Assembly (NCBI RefSeq): GCF_006345805.1
Contig: NC_043012.1
Span: forward strand, 37,758,001-37,822,000
Origin: Octopus sinensis
Lineage: Eukaryota
DNA: 64,000 nucleotides
Direction of reading: 5' to 3'
Shown here one piece after another: positions 12,652 through 27,324 of the stretch (positions within the stretch are counted from its first letter, which is position 1; every line of letters starts with the position of its first letter). The position numbers were made by a program, and so were the translations under genes. The notes below the pieces were generated by a model. It saw only the letters and a list, made by a program, of their open reading frames with translations, was not told the origin of the DNA and ran no database searches.

Positions 12652-15600
12652 TATATAAAGGACAATAGTGAAAGGGATAAAGATAAAGAAAATTGGGTGG
12701 GGGGGGGAAACGGGTTTACGTATAAAAGAGACAGTAAGAGGTAACATCTAATCTTTGGTTGCACTAAACTCACACCTTGTAAGATACCAAGGTGTAACAG
12801 AGCTGTCCCTTTTACGTTCCCTTAAAAAAAATGGACAAGAAATACGAAAATTAAAATCTATCAATTATTTTCCAATTGCCATCGATATTTTCATTTGTAA
12901 TTTTATTTTAACCTTTCCCGTCACTGTTCCACAATGGGAATGTCCTTTCTGCCGGCTGTTAAATGTCAGGTAGAAATGTGATACATGCAAAACTAGGAAC
13001 GGGTTAAAAGCGAAATAAGATAAAAAAATTTAATTTCGTTTTTCATGTGTTGTTTTCTCCCTTTTATTTTCAAGCTTTTGCAAAGAAATTGAGTAATCTT
13101 TATCCAGTTATTCTTTCCTACAGTTAAATCGTTTCACCTTCTAAAATATTTATTTTAAATCTTCTTTCTTTTTTTTTTTTAAATTAAATACCAATGTTCA
13201 AAAAGATGTCTTTTTTTTTTGCCAAGCGGATTTGTAATTCAGCGATTAATTTCCCATACCGTATTATTGAGATTCTCGTTGGAACTGGAGAATTGTTATA
13301 TAATTAGTGAGATTTGCCTGGTAACAAAAGAAGGTCATCTAAGTTATGAAACTTCCTGGCAATTGTGCTGTACTTATTGGACCTAATTGATTTCGTTTGT
13401 ATTTATTTTCGATTGCATATATATTAAACATGTATGGAAAACCAATACGACGACCGTCAGTGTAGTTTTTAAAACAAGCAATTAATTACGAAGCAATGTG
13501 CGTTATTGTTTTTGGAGAGAAAGCCTCCGGTCAGTTGAGTCCGTCAGCTGGTTTCCAGACACAGTTCTTACATCGATAATGTTCCCTGGGAATGTCTTGA
13601 AGGTCACAACACTGCGCTTTCCGCCGACTTATTATCCAAACATGTTATAAAGAATGGCATGTAAAGATTCGTGTCCCATATTGTACAATATGTGCAGTCC
13701 TTAACTTTCCATTACAAAACCAAATAAATAAATGCATCTCTGTGACTGTTTTCAGGTTAAAAAGAATCGAGTGTTATGACATTGATAGCTTCTCAAGGAC
13801 ATCAGCGATTTAGGTAAAGCGAAACAATCGGAAGACCGGGAATCGAAACTCGCTCGTTGGAATTCTACTCCGACGCTCACCTGTTATTAGGAGTTTCTAC
13901 CGGTTCACTTCACCTGCTAGAAATAGCAGCTAAGTTTCCCTCAAATCGCATCCTACATTTACACAATAACGTAGACTGTAGAAAGTCTGTTTCTGCGAAA
14001 GACTGGGCTGTCGTGGCCGGAATACCTTTGATTATTGATCTACTTGTTCGTTATTGACGTGAAGCGAAATAATAATAATTACAATAATATGCTATACTTT
14101 CAAAATTGAGATAATCATTTCTGTTGCCTAGACACAATGTAAATGTAACAAAGGGAGCCTCTACATGGTCATTCGACCTGCTTGAAATAGTAGCCAAATC
14201 TCTTCAAATTACAGCCCTCCGTCTTTAAAAAAAGGTAAAGATGCACTAGATAATGGAGTTCTAGATAAATAATAATTATAATAATAATGATAATAATAAT
14301 AATGATAATAATAAACGGGATCGTCACGGCGATGGAATGTCTTTGATTACAGGACTGATTCCAGCTCAATTTGTGGTGGATGGGACTAAACAACAAAGTT
14401 GAATAAAAGACAATTTACGCACCCAAAATATTGTTTGGGTTTGTTTCTCATAAATGAAAAAGAAATTACTTTTTCTATTTAAGTTAATTTGAACGTAAAT
14501 TATATTTATTACATAAGATTGTTTTGTATTCTTTAAATTTAACATAGAAAAACTTCAAAATATACGAAAAGGCATTTTACATAAACAAACAGTTGTTTTT
14601 GTTGGGATTTTTGTTATTAGGGTACTGTTAAAAAAATATGGAAAATGTTTACGTTTAAATCAAATGAAACAACGCGTTGGTTGGAAAAATTCCAAGTGAA
14701 ATAAGGTAAAATGAAAGAAACGGCGTTGTTTTGTAATAAGAAACCCGCTCGCGTTCAGTCCCACTGCTAGGTACCTTGTTTTCTGTCCCGGGCCGATCAA
14801 AATGAGTGGATACGGTAGGCGGAAACCGTGAGGAAGCCCGTCATATATCTGTGTGTATTTGTATTCGTCCACAAACACACACACACACTGAACACTTGGC
14901 AATCGGTGCTGGTTTATTTACGACCCTTATTACCTAGCAGTTCGACATAAGAGATTGATAAAATAAAGACTAGACTTTAAAAAAAAAACAAGGAGATACT
15001 AGGATCGATTTGTCCGGTGCTCCAGTATGACCACAGACCAAATACTGGAACAAGTAAAAGATAAGAGACAGATACATATATTCACTGTTCGATCATTGGA
15101 CGATCAACTATTGATTGGGAAAAAATGTGAGAGGACTAAAGGATTTTTTTTTACAATTTCCGTTTGACATCCTGTTTAAGCGCCTACTAACTCATTTTTA
15201 CGCTTTCCGGGTATGATAGAAGATTGTATACAGCTCGTAGATGAATTGGTGAACCTATCTGGGCAGTATGTTACCTGGTAGCCAGGTGAAATGGCAGCAT
15301 CTTTAATATCGGCGCTGGATTAAGCAAAATAAGTTTGTGCTTACAGCTTCAAGGGACGTGGGGGAGCATCCTGGTAATTGTAAATGGTTTACGGCCCAAG
15401 AGAAATCACTTTAAAATTTGCTAAAGTAATATTCGAAATGGTTTATATGATAGAAAATATAATTTCAAAGTGTTCATGGTGCCATATTGAAGATCTGGTC
15501 AAAGACTTTACTTTTAAAAAAATGCAAGAGAAAACTTAAAATATAAATAAGTGAAAGTATACAAAATTGAACACTGTTTTCCATTTTACGGTCAGTTTTG

Positions 15601-16581
15601 CTTCATTCTGAAAAAATAATTTATTTTAAGATTTATTATTGCTTATATTTTGAATTACATGTACAGGGGAACACCAAAAAAGTGCTTAGAGTATCTAGGG
15701 ATCTTAATTCATCCTTGGTTAGTATGCTGACGGCACTTCGTCCGTTTTTACGTTTTGAGATCAAATTCCACCGAGGTTGACCTTGCCTTTCCTCCTTACG
15801 GAATCGATAAAATAAGTACCAGTCGAACACTGGAGTCGGTGTACATGACTAACTCCTTCCCCAGCAAATTGCTGGCCTTGTGCCAATAGTAGAAATGATT
15901 TTTATTAAGACGATGATCCGGCAGAATCGTTCGCTGCCAGAGAAAATATTCAGCGCTGTTTCTTCCGGCTTTACGTGCTGAGTTCAACTTCCACCGAGGC
16001 CGACTTTACCTTTCATCTTTCTAAGATCGATAAGCGCTGAAATCGACTGGCTCCCTCTTTTGCATATTTCAGGCCTTATGTTTATAGTAGAAAGTATTAT
16101 TCTGATTATTTTAAAGATTCCTCCTCCTGTTCTGTCCCTACATTCACGTTTTTTTTTTTATCCTACAGCTGTTTCTTACACTACTGTTACAGAGTCATAA
16201 ATTTCAGAGGACAGCTACAGTCGCTTTCATCGACTCAACAGTTTATTAGTTTTTATCTTAATAACCGTTGATGGATGAAATGTATTATTAATCCAGTGGA
16301 ATTTGAACTCAGAATTTCATGTGCCAAGTCATTTTGGCCGCCATTTCCTGATTCCGCCACTCAATCACCCTTCAACTAGTGCCTTCTCACAAGGCTACGA
16401 ATGTGATTTAAATTGATATCAGGTTAAAAAAAGAACTCGTTTTATCAATAAGGTAGATAAAGTACTCTGTAGTTATGCAACATATTCGTCAGAAAGATTT
16501 CGAGCTATAACTTATTGGGAAGTTGAAGATGGTAGATTTCCGAAAAATGAACAAATGTCATGGCATTCTATTCTTTAGAAC

Positions 16582-16861
16582 TGTGGTGTTATGGGCTGTG
16601 ATGGAGCTATGTGGTGTTGGTGGAGGGGATTGCAGATGAGGTGGACGAAAGTAAGGACTGCAGAAGCCTGTGACACAAGCACAGGGTATGCGTGGGCAGG
16701 AAGTACGTGTGGTCAGTTCGAGCAGAAACGGCAGCGAGACAAGACCTGTTTAATTCGTGAGAGTGACCGCTGATTCTGCCGAGGTCAACAGGTAAGGCTT
16801 TTTGTATTTCTTTCTCCCATTTGCTTCTTTTTCTGTTGTCCTTTTCCTCCATCGCACTACA
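16582..16861 (+). mobile_element. Solo LTR, 280 bp
   Basis: TGTGGTG...CACTACA termini with a perfect 5-bp TSD AGAAC (16577-81 and 16862-66). Confidence 0.85.
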
Positions 16862-17844
16862 AGAACCACAATATTCTAATCGTCATCACACAAGATTATT
16901 GGGCACTGATCTAAGGTAAAGTTTAAAACATGTTGGAAGTGGTCAAATTAGCAGCAACATAATGTGAGGTGTGCAAACTGTAGAGGGCGGCCAAACCCCA
17001 CGTTATTCCACTGCAATTAGGTAAGGAGCCTAGGAACTTAGCTTTGTTTTGTTTTCTTTTTTTTTTAAATCAAGACTAAGTTTAAAGTCTACCGGTTTAT
17101 ATTCTTTTACTGATGAGCAAGAGCAGTTCATCAGAGGCAACCAGAGAAGGTGTCGGTCGTTTTATCTATCGGAGGATTGTCACTATTAAAAGTACATCCA
17201 ATTACAATGTAGCAGAGCGTAGATTTGAAACTGTATCAGCTGAGTAATAAGAAATAAGCTATAGTATATCAGGTCACTTAACCTGAATTCCGACCAATTG
17301 TATTTCAGTTGCAGGCATATGGTCGATGGAACTTTCCTTGTGTTTCCCGCCATAACATGGCTATAAATTGAGATGTACGGTGCGAGAGGTAGAGACAACA
17401 GAGGTCCGTGAGAAGACAGATTTCTTGGTCGCTGCACGACCCATGGTTAAAAGGACTCGTTTATCTACAATTGACACAGGACTTTCCCACCCCTCACATC
17501 AAGAAGATATAGCTATCTTTTGTAGCTAGCGTGCAGTCATATCTCTAGTGATAAATGCTTATCTAGACACCTCTGGCATACAGTTTACTTGTTGGCAAAA
17601 AATCTCTATATTTATATGTAAAAAAAAAAATAGGTTCATTGAAAACATTAAATGGACAAGGTTTTAATATGGGCCCCAAACCACGCAGCCTAACTAGCTA
17701 AACCAAATATCAAAACTTATCAAACTTATCCGCAGATAGAGTTATGGGTGTAACAGTGGATTATTACACGTATCAATTAAAACAGCTTTCTGTATTCGGT
17801 GAGGTTTGTGATTCTTTGCGATACCTATAATAATTTTACATATT

Positions 17845-18342
17845 CAGTACCGGACCTTTTAGATGGCTTCTAGAAACCCAAGAATAATGTGTAATATCAC
17901 GCAATATCCTGCACTCTGTACCGAAGAAACAGATCCCGTTTTTGAAGTTGGTTAATTTGCATACGATATGTTGAAAATAGTTTTGTTTATCTTTTAAGTG
18001 GATTGATAAAGATTTAGCATACCCTGCTTTAGATGTGTATTAATTTGTACAAGTATCTGTTGTATTAAGCCGTGTCCTTTGTTCAATTTTCATGCTATAG
18101 ACATTATACTGTATATATGGTACAGCAAGATATATTTTAAGAATTTTAAGTGGATGAATAAATATCTGACTCTGCTTTAGAAGTGTATTAATTTGAATCT
18201 ATTAAATACAATTTTGCACTTTACTTTTCATAGTTTATTCATATTTTAAGTATATATTTAAAACTGTTTCCAGAAAACCGGATAGTCCAGAAATTCGAGC
18301 CACTTCCGGTTGCAAGCTTGCTGGATAACTGGTCCGGTACTA
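17845..18342. mobile_element. MITE-like element with AGTACCGGACC inverted ends
   Basis: CAGTACCGGACC at 17845 and GGTCCGGTACTA at 18331-42; internal ~55-bp direct repeat at 17994 and 18144. Confidence 0.55.
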
Positions 18343-20786
18343 TATTACTTAGGCCGCCTTGAAATCGCTATTTTCGCCATTGAATCTGACCAACGATGAA
18401 TTACTCGTATGAACACAAGTGCTCGGAAGTGGAGTTTTTTTTTTCTTTTCGAAGCATATAAATTTGTTCAGGAGAGACCTTTCTCCTCAGTGGGGGTCGT
18501 ACAAAACACAATGGGCAATTTTTTTCCATCCCAGAACGTTATTCTCACCGGAAGTTCGTCCTTGCTAATGTTTTTCTCGCAGCCGCCAGCTCAAGAGGAA
18601 CGTTAACCGTGCCGGGTTGACGTTAGGAAAATCACTGGCCATAGGTCCTTCTTTCGGGCCTAACCAAAAGAAAGGAAATCAAGAAAAAGTAAATAAAATA
18701 TAGAGAATCAAAAACAATCGTCCTTATGCATTTTTAAAATTTAGTTTTAAGAATAATATCGTTAGGTGATGTTTTGGAGATGGTGTATCAAAACTGACCG
18801 TATTTGTTCGGTAATTTCCGTGAAAATTTTTATTTCTTTAACGTTGTTTTTTTCCTGCTGAATTGATTGCGTTTACATACACAAATATATATCCATGCAC
18901 ATAACCACAAATACATAAATATACATACATACACACATATATACACACAAAAAAAAACATAAATATAAGCAATTCAGTTTTTAAAAATTTTCTAATATAA
19001 AAAATTTATGGACATTGCAGAACAGTTTCAGTTTTGATATTTCATCTCCAAAACATTGCATATTATTAATTATATTAATACTGAGTAACAGGAATTTATT
19101 TTTGAAATAATATCGCGTTTCATAATTATCTTTTGTTTCTCCTGAACTTCCTTCAGTATTTTAGAGTTCGTAGTTCGGCAGAATGAAAAGCAAAACTTTC
19201 TTAAGCTGATTTGAACTCAGAACATAAAGAATCGCAACTAAGTGCTGAATGACAGTGCGTCTGATGTTCTACCGATTCTGTGATTCCAATACACTTTTTT
19301 ATGATCAGAGAGCTATTGATTTATTCATTTAATTTAAACATCCGTGTAAACTGGCATGCCATGACAAACTCACAAAAAGTATTACTTTTGTATAAAAGAG
19401 TAAGCAGAAATGAAACAAGATAAAAGGAGAAAGAGACGCAGATTCGAAGCCGAATCCTTGGATATATGGTCAGACATCACGGCAAACTACTATAGTTTCA
19501 CATGATCGGTCTATTAACCGGTTAGTCAGCGTGAAGCAATGTATGGACAGATTTTCTCGAACATTCTAGAATTTCACGTCTGGTTCCCGCTAAAACCCAT
19601 TCGGCGTGCATTTTCCCAACCAGACGACCCGGGAAGGTGGCTAAGACAGAGGGCGCTGATAGATGACAGAAACCTCCGTCGCCACGAACATAGCACAATT
19701 GTTTCCAGTTATGTTGGGCAAGCTGTAGGTTATCGCATCAATATCTTCCCATAAACTCCAAGCAGTATCTCTCTTCTAATATATAATTATTACTTTTGCT
19801 ATATGTAAAACGTAGTTTGTCTTCATGTGTGATAATAAAATATTCTATTAAATGTTCGCAGGTGTTGTTCATTTACTTCTACACGCAGCCCAAGAAATAT
19901 AGTTTCATTTATCAACTCAGCCGGACCAGCTGAACAACTTTCAGAACCGCTGCAAAAGAACGGGTAACAGTTTCCGTTCTATCATTTTGTAGCTTCCATG
20001 AACTGGAAGATCTTATTTATGGTTGGTGGGTCCTTGGAAATAAATTGCTCCTCCAGACTTGGTAGGCTTTTAAAGACCATTTTAAAACTGTAATTTCTCT
20101 CAGTCCGATAATGTTTAACCAGTTGATCCGGTCAATGGAACAGCCTGCTCGTGAAATTAATGTGCCAATGGCTAAGCACTCTATAGACACTCGTACCCTT
20201 AACGTAGTTCTCGGGGAGATTCAGCGTGATACAGAATGTGACAAGGCTGGCCTTTTGAAATGCATGTACAACTCATTTTTGCCTGCAAACTGGACTAGAA
20301 CAATGTGAAGTGAAGTGTTTTGCTCAAGGACACAACGCGTCGCCGAGAATCGAACTCGTAACCATACGATTGTGAGTCGAATACCCCGACCACAAAGCCA
20401 CATACCTTCACTACTTGTTGACAAATCTGGCTGACATAACGGAGAATTAAAGGTCATTTGTCTATCTCGGATTCTTCCCAATACATTTTCTCACACTTGA
20501 CTAATTATGCTCAGCATGAATGATTTCACACGTGAAAGATTTCGAATGTAGTCTCGCTATTGTTTCTTTTTGTGTCACCGCTGTTGTTAATTCTTCTCGT
20601 TTCTGTTTCTCTTCATATCTGTGTGCTCAAGTATCAAAAAAATTGCGATTTGCTAAAACAATTTCTGATAAATAGTTTTCTATTTATAGGAGAATATTCT
20701 CCCCCTATATATATGTTTTACTGCGGCCACACTGGAGCACCGCCTTTAGTCGAACAAATCGACCCCAGGACTCATTCTTTGTAAGC

Positions 20787-20871
20787 CTAGTACTTATTCT
20801 ATCGGTGTCTTTTGCCAAACCGCTAAGTTACGTGGACGTAAACACACCACACACATATATACGACAGGCTT

Positions 20872-20915
<44 letters not shown>

Positions 20916-21488
20916 GACGGGTTTCCGTCTCCCAAATCCACTCACAAGGCTTTGGTCGGCTCGAGGCTGTAGTAGAAGACACTTGCCTAAGAAATCACGC
21001 AGTGGGACTGAACCCGGAACCATGTGGTTGGTAAGCAAGCTTCTTATCACACAGCTACTCCTGCACCTCTCTCTTTTTTTTTTTTCACCTGACCTTTTTC
21101 TTGATTGAAATAGTTCTAGTTTGGAGGCACCAGGAATGTGGCCTGTGTGCCAAGGGGGCTGCAGCCCGAAAAAGTTTGGAAACCACTCATGTAACGTATC
21201 CAACTGATAGAGCAGTTTGCATGATGTTGCGATGTATTGGCTTTTTCTGTGTTTTTTTCAAATGTTATTTTAAAACAGGATTACCCGACCTACTTTCCCC
21301 CAGAAAAATTTATACTTCTACTATAGCCTCGGGCCGACCAAAGCCTTGTGAGTGGATTTGGGAGACAGAAACCCGTCGTGTATATATATATATATATATA
21401 TGGAAGCCTGTCGTATATATGTGTGTGGTGTGTTTACGTCCACGTAACTTAGCGGTTTGGCAAAATACACCGATAGAATAAGTACTAG
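20787..21488. repeat. Inverted duplication of a SINE-A segment (arms 20787-20978 and 21315-21488)
   Basis: The arms share private rearrangements; ORFs 20794-20982 (-) and 21101-21481 (+) encode nearly the same peptide. Confidence 0.85.
21085..21188. mobile_element. Orphan hAT terminus of the same family as the 21917 left end (other hAT-like ends near 1464 and ~39450-39530)
   Basis: 21135-21188 is the reverse complement of 21917-21972 at high identity. Confidence 0.65.
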
Positions 21489-21916
21489 TTCAGCCGCCAT
21501 TCAAAAACTGAGCGTTGATGACTGCCTTATTACACAGTCTCGAGTGTTTATATGTTGGGCAAAGGTGTTTCTTTTAGATGAGTTTAATAGCATATTATGT
21601 TGAGGTCATTTCTTTTAGTAAAAACTTGTGATAAGATTTCCCGTTTCAAATCGGACTGTAACAAAATACGGACAATCTGTATGGTTTCTGTAACGTTAAC
21701 AGCAGATTCATTAAATATATTTGATCACATTCATAACCTCTGTGTTATGGAAATAAATCGTACTTCAGAGAAATCAAATTGTCGACAATTTTTGTTTGTC
21801 TACTTCTTTAAGAGTTGCAGATAACTTTGAAAGAGTTATCTTTCTTGAACACTAACGATGACGTCATACGCGCATTCCCAAATAACAAAACTTATACAAT
21901 TAATCATGTTCTACAC

Positions 21917-22434
21917 CAGTGGTTGCCAAACTCTTTGGGGCTGCAGCACCCTTGACACCCAGGTCACATTCCTATCCCTCCTACCCCAACTAACCATCAC
22001 AAACATAAACCTCTTTCTGAAGCAAATTCAAAGCGATTCGCCCAGCAGAGGTAACAGGTGAGGCTGGTGAGGGCGCTTGACTGTTCCAGCGCATCACCAT
22101 CACACGCGGCATGCGCTGCAAGAGTGTCTCAATAGCCATTAGAGAGGTTTTTCAGCGCCCCCAACTTTTCAACCCGAGGTGGTGAATTGCTTTGTTTTTT
22201 TCCCTTCTTTTAATTTTTCAGTTGTGTTCTTTGTTTTGTCCAATTTTCCAATTTGCTTTTGTAAAACGGTAAACACTGTGAAGGCAATAAAACTTAACCG
22301 AATGAACCCATTATTTTTGTTGTTTTTACATGAATCGCTACCACATTACCGTCCAGCTTTTCTTCAATGCCCCCTCGGAACTTTCCACTACCCCCAGGGT
22401 GGGGGGGCAATACTGCCCACTTTCGGAACCACTG
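21917..22434. mobile_element. hAT (Charlie-like) MITE, 518 bp
   Basis: TIRs CAGTGGTTGCCAAA / TTTCGGAACCACTG; 8-bp TSD TTCTACAC (21909-16) vs TTCTACGC (22435-42). Confidence 0.85.
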
Positions 22435-24920
22435 TTCTACGCGAACAGAAATAAACGAATGGAGTACGTGTGTGTTTAACATCTGTCTTCCGTGTTGGCA
22501 TGAAGTGAACAGTTGTACAGAAACCACCAAGACGGTCGGTTGATTTGAGCTCCAATATCTGCTTTCCACAGATAGATGTCTCTCCTAATGACAATGCGAC
22601 CAACTGAGGCACTTAAGGTTGAATTGATGTGTATTTCTCCCTTTTTTTCCTTTTCTTATTTACTTTTTTCCTTGTTTCTCTCTTTCCATTTTCTCCCAGT
22701 TTTGGATTTATATTTTTAATGTGGTTTTGTATTATATTTGGATCATATACTTACATGTTACATTCCAATAAAAATACTATTTTAGCGTTTTATACATGAT
22801 ATGGAAACACACACACCGAAAAAATAATTCGAAGAATTATAATTTACAGAGTGTGCTAGGTGTTTTTTAAAAAATCTTTTTTATTGGTGTCACTAGTACA
22901 AGTGAAGTCAGTAAATAACTTTCAGGACAAGAGCCGCCATCCGACTGAGTAGGTTGTAGTATTGATGGAGATAGCTTCGTGGTAGATATTGAGAAGCTAA
23001 AAGGATGACAAAGAAACAGGAACAGGTGTCTTACTTTGAATGAGATAAATGGCCACCCCAGCTTCAAAGAGAAAAAATTTGGAGGTAGCAACGACAAGGG
23101 TTCCAGGTGAGCCGATTAACGAAACAATCTGTTCGTGAAATTAACATGCAAGTGGCCGAGCATCTCACAGACACACGTACTCTTGACGAAGTTCTCAGAG
23201 GGATTCGGCGTGATGAAGAATGACAGCGCTTTGAAACACAGCTGGTTTTTTACCATTTGAGTGGACTGCACCAATATGTTGGGCCGGCTCAAGGTACCGA
23301 CAACCCTGGCAACATGAAATAAGGTATCTTGGCAAAGAATATAACGCTCCGTTGAGACTCGAACTTATGACCTTACGACCATGAGCTGGATACCTCTAGT
23401 CACTATGCCATGCACATTCACCCGTTGGTGGTAACGATGTGTCAGGGAATACTCTCATCATACATGAAGGGGAATATAAAAGAGAAAAAGAATCGTTAGG
23501 AAGGGTTAGAGGGTTAGGGTTATATATGGGGTGGGGCTAGGTAAATGTGTTCCTGCGAATGTCCGGCGTTTTGTCCAGATTGAAATTATAGGGTAAAGAC
23601 TCCTTTCGGTCATGAATGACCACGAGACTGCACCTAGAAAGTTACCCTCCAAGGCACAAGTCTGGGCAAGGCTGTTTATGGCAGACCAGCAGTCGCCCAT
23701 GCCATACCAGCCTCTCCTCTCCACACCACCGATGTTATCCAAGGGAAAGGCAAAAGGGGCCGATATAACTTGGCACCAGCGAGGTTGCTATTCATTTCTA
23801 CAGCTGAGCGGACTGGAGCACAACAACGTGAAATAAAATGTGTTTCTCAACAACACAACACGCATCCCAGTCTGGGAAACGAATTCCTTGCCTTATTATT
23901 GCGAGCTTGACGCTCTAACCACTGAGCCATGCACCTTCACACGTGTAGTTATAAGCTACAGAATCCTGGAAAGCTACCCTATGAACCTATAACTCGGCAA
24001 GGATCACTTGATATTGTGCACGGAACCCCTGCACGCGCGCGCGCATATATATTTAAAACCTGTATACGATATCAGTCACGTTTTCATAAGGAAATAAATG
24101 GCGTAATAAAATAGGTGAAGGGAAGTAATCATTTAGGGTTTGCAATCAGGGTTATTTCCCTTATATTGTTTGCCTTCCAAAATCGCTGGCGACGTCAATA
24201 TTCAAATGTTTATGTTCACATACATTATAAAATGTGAATACACCACTTTAATACAGATTCACAATAGTTAATGGGTATTATGTTTGAGAAAATGTACGAT
24301 ATGCACTAATGCGGGTATACGCATTGGAAGGGTACCGAATACATGTCGCAGTATCTCCTGTCGTAGAGGACAGGCGAGGCCTCCGCAATTTATTATTGAA
24401 CCACTTGCAAAAGGTGATTTGTTTATAATGATCAAATGTTTGTGCAGTATATAAGCTCAGACCGACCATCAATTCCAGTTTGCTGTACAATGTGATGACG
24501 ACGACGACGATGTAAAGAAGTTTGGTTTCTCAAGAATATGGTTCCGGCTTCAGACCCACGACGTGGCACTTGCGGCAAGTATCTTCTGCTATGGCCCAGG
24601 GCCAGTCAAAGTGAGTGGATTTGGCAGATGGAAACTGAAAGAAGTCTGTCGTATATACGTACATACATACATGACTAGATATGCAAGTATATACATGAAA
24701 AGACACACATAAAATAAAACACACCAATCTGCTCATATACACAAATACATACATACATAAATGAAAAATGCCCCAAATACTAAAAAACGTACACATAGGA
24801 CAGACTCAGAAGGACCCTAATTCTTCATCAGTCATTGACCGAAAAACTAAAACACAGTTTCATGCCTTTAATAATATGTATGCCCATACATACGTACGTA
24901 CGTATGTACATACATACATA

Positions 24921-24951
<31 letters not shown>

Positions 24952-24970
24952 TACATACATACACACACAC

Positions 24971-25002
<32 letters not shown>

Positions 25003-26637
25003 AATGTAGCAGCTAAAGAAACATGTAGAATCATGTGGATATGATGTAGACGTAATGCTTGAGATTCTCGCGATAGAGAAATACCAACAAAGAACATCGA
25101 AGAATAACACCGAAAAAAAAGGAAGGAATATTGTTTACAGCTTTTTATTTTCCCAGCAAGTAATTAGTAAGTGAGTAGTAATTGTTGGGAGAGCGACAAA
25201 AGGTTCACCTGCGATTGGTAGTTGAAAGTGAAGAAGTTATGGTCTGCAGGAAGAGAAAGAAAGGGTAGAGATTGCACTGTGCTGACAAGAGAGGAAGAAG
25301 GGGTAAAGGTGGCATTGCCCTTTCTTGATTTTGGCCGAAAGCTTCTCTTTGTATGGTGAGTGAAGGACAAAGGGAAGTGTTGCTTCTGGTCATGGCTGGC
25401 GACCATGTTAATGTTGAAATTCCAATGGAGGAGCCTTGCATCTTGGTTAAAAACTGAAACTCTCTCTATTGGCAAGAAATCTTAAAATAAAACTGAATAG
25501 AAACATACTTACATACATAAATGTATACATGTGTGTGTGTGTGTGTGTGTGTTTCCCGCCACTGCTGTACAACTGATGTTGGTTTTATTTTCATCCTCAT
25601 AACTTCGTGGTTAGATATAAGAGACTGATATAATAGGTCCCAGGTTGAAAGCAAAATAGTACTGGGGTCAGTCCATCCAACTATACCATGCAGTGTGGTG
25701 CCCCAGCATGGCCACAGTCCAATGACTAAAATGAATAAAAAGTGAAATATACATACATACATAAAAATACGCTTATTACTACACGCCTACACATATACAT
25801 ATACACACATGTATGTGCACACATGCATGCCTGTATAGATAGATACACACACACACACATTGTAAAGCCATCTTGTTTGGACATGAAACCAAAAGTGTTC
25901 TCGTTTGGCATTTCACAGAAAGGTTAACTCTAATGGAAGTTCAATATTTAGTGATTCCAAACATCAAGGCACCGGAGATAATGAAATAATCCGAATAACA
26001 ACAAAAACACCATCCTCATCATCATCAACACCAGCAACGACAAATGTAATCCTATCCGCTGTCAGTACAAGGCCTGAAATTTTGAGGGATGGGGTGGGGG
26101 CTAGTCGATTACATCAATCATAGTGTTTAATTGCTACTCATTTCATCAACCCTCATTTGTTACTTGTAGGCCTGTGAAATTCATTGAGCTCTAAGCGGAG
26201 ACGCTTGTCTCTCTTTGCACGTTCACCAAGTGAAGTAGATTCTATAGCAGAACCAAGGTCAAAGCAAAATGTAAGCTTAGTTGGGGAGTTACACCCAAGT
26301 CCTCCTAAAACTTCAAATGTCGGCGTTTGGCTTGCTGGTTCTGGCACGAAATTGCACCAGGCCCACTGGTCAATAACTGATGAGGAATTGGGGACGTTTC
26401 TCTGTCTATTTTCCGTTCATCTGTGCATTTAATACATGTTTTTTTAACTTGCCATTCTGTGTCTGTTTTTCATTTGTCCATTTATTGTACAGTTTTTAAC
26501 TTATTTATTAATGGAAGGCAACACACCTTGGTGTTATATATGCATACATAAATATATATGTGTATGTGTGTGTGTATATACATATACATGCATACATATA
26601 TATCTATGTGTATATATACACACACACACACATACAT

Positions 26638-27250
26638 ATATATATGTAAAAAAATACAAACTGGGACAAGAACGCAAAACATTTAGAAGACGATACAAAA
26701 AACACGGACGGGACATTCGAAGCCTTCAATCTTCAGTCAAGAACTGGATCATCCTCGCAATTTCAGCTGATTAATCTTGAGATTGCTCCGATCTGGCCAG
26801 CCCCAAAGGAAAATCTAAGCCAAGCGCATTAGATTCCTTGGAAGAAAGCCTCGAATGTATACAAAACAAGGACGGAAAAACGGACGAGGTTACAAGAATA
26901 AAAATACAAAAATACGTAAAAACAATAATGATAATAATGATAACAAAAACAGAATGTTACAGACAGGCGTCTTTCGAGAGGACGAGTAAACTTTGAGCTG
27001 GCATATTAGAAAAATGTCTTAGGGCAGAGACATTCGAGGCTTTCTTCCAAGGAATCTAATGCGCTTGGCTTAGATTTTCCTTTGGGGCTGGCCAGATCGG
27101 AGCAATCTCAAGATTAATCAGCCGAAATTGCAAGGATGATCCAGTTCTTGACTGAAGATTGAAGGCTTCGAATGTCCCGTCCGTGTTTTTTGTATCGTCT
27201 TCTAAATGTTTTGCGTTCTTGTCCCAGTTTGTATTTTTTTACATATATAT
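26638..27250. repeat. Fold-back element, ~220-bp inverted arms, ~170-nt spacer
   Basis: 26638-26858 vs 27030-27250. ORFs 26511-26774 (+) and 27114-27347 (-) share the same peptide, confirming the inversion; (TA)n flanks. Confidence 0.9.
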
Positions 27251-27293
27251 ATACATATATAGCGGCGCCCGTACCCTTTTGGTCTTTATGTAA

Positions 27294-27324
<31 letters not shown>

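Noticed and set aside
13756-13813. Coding exon bounded by ttttcAG and GTAAAG
   Set aside because: All three frames contain stops; at most a non-coding exon, with no other support.
17110-17134. CTGATGA...TCATCAG as a hammerhead
   Set aside because: A simple 7-bp hairpin with no GAAA, stem III or cleavage triplet.
26720-27180. Functional hammerheads in the 26.6-kb fold-back arms
   Set aside because: CTGAAGA is followed by an unfoldable stem II (1-nt loop), and GAATGTC lacks A15.1.
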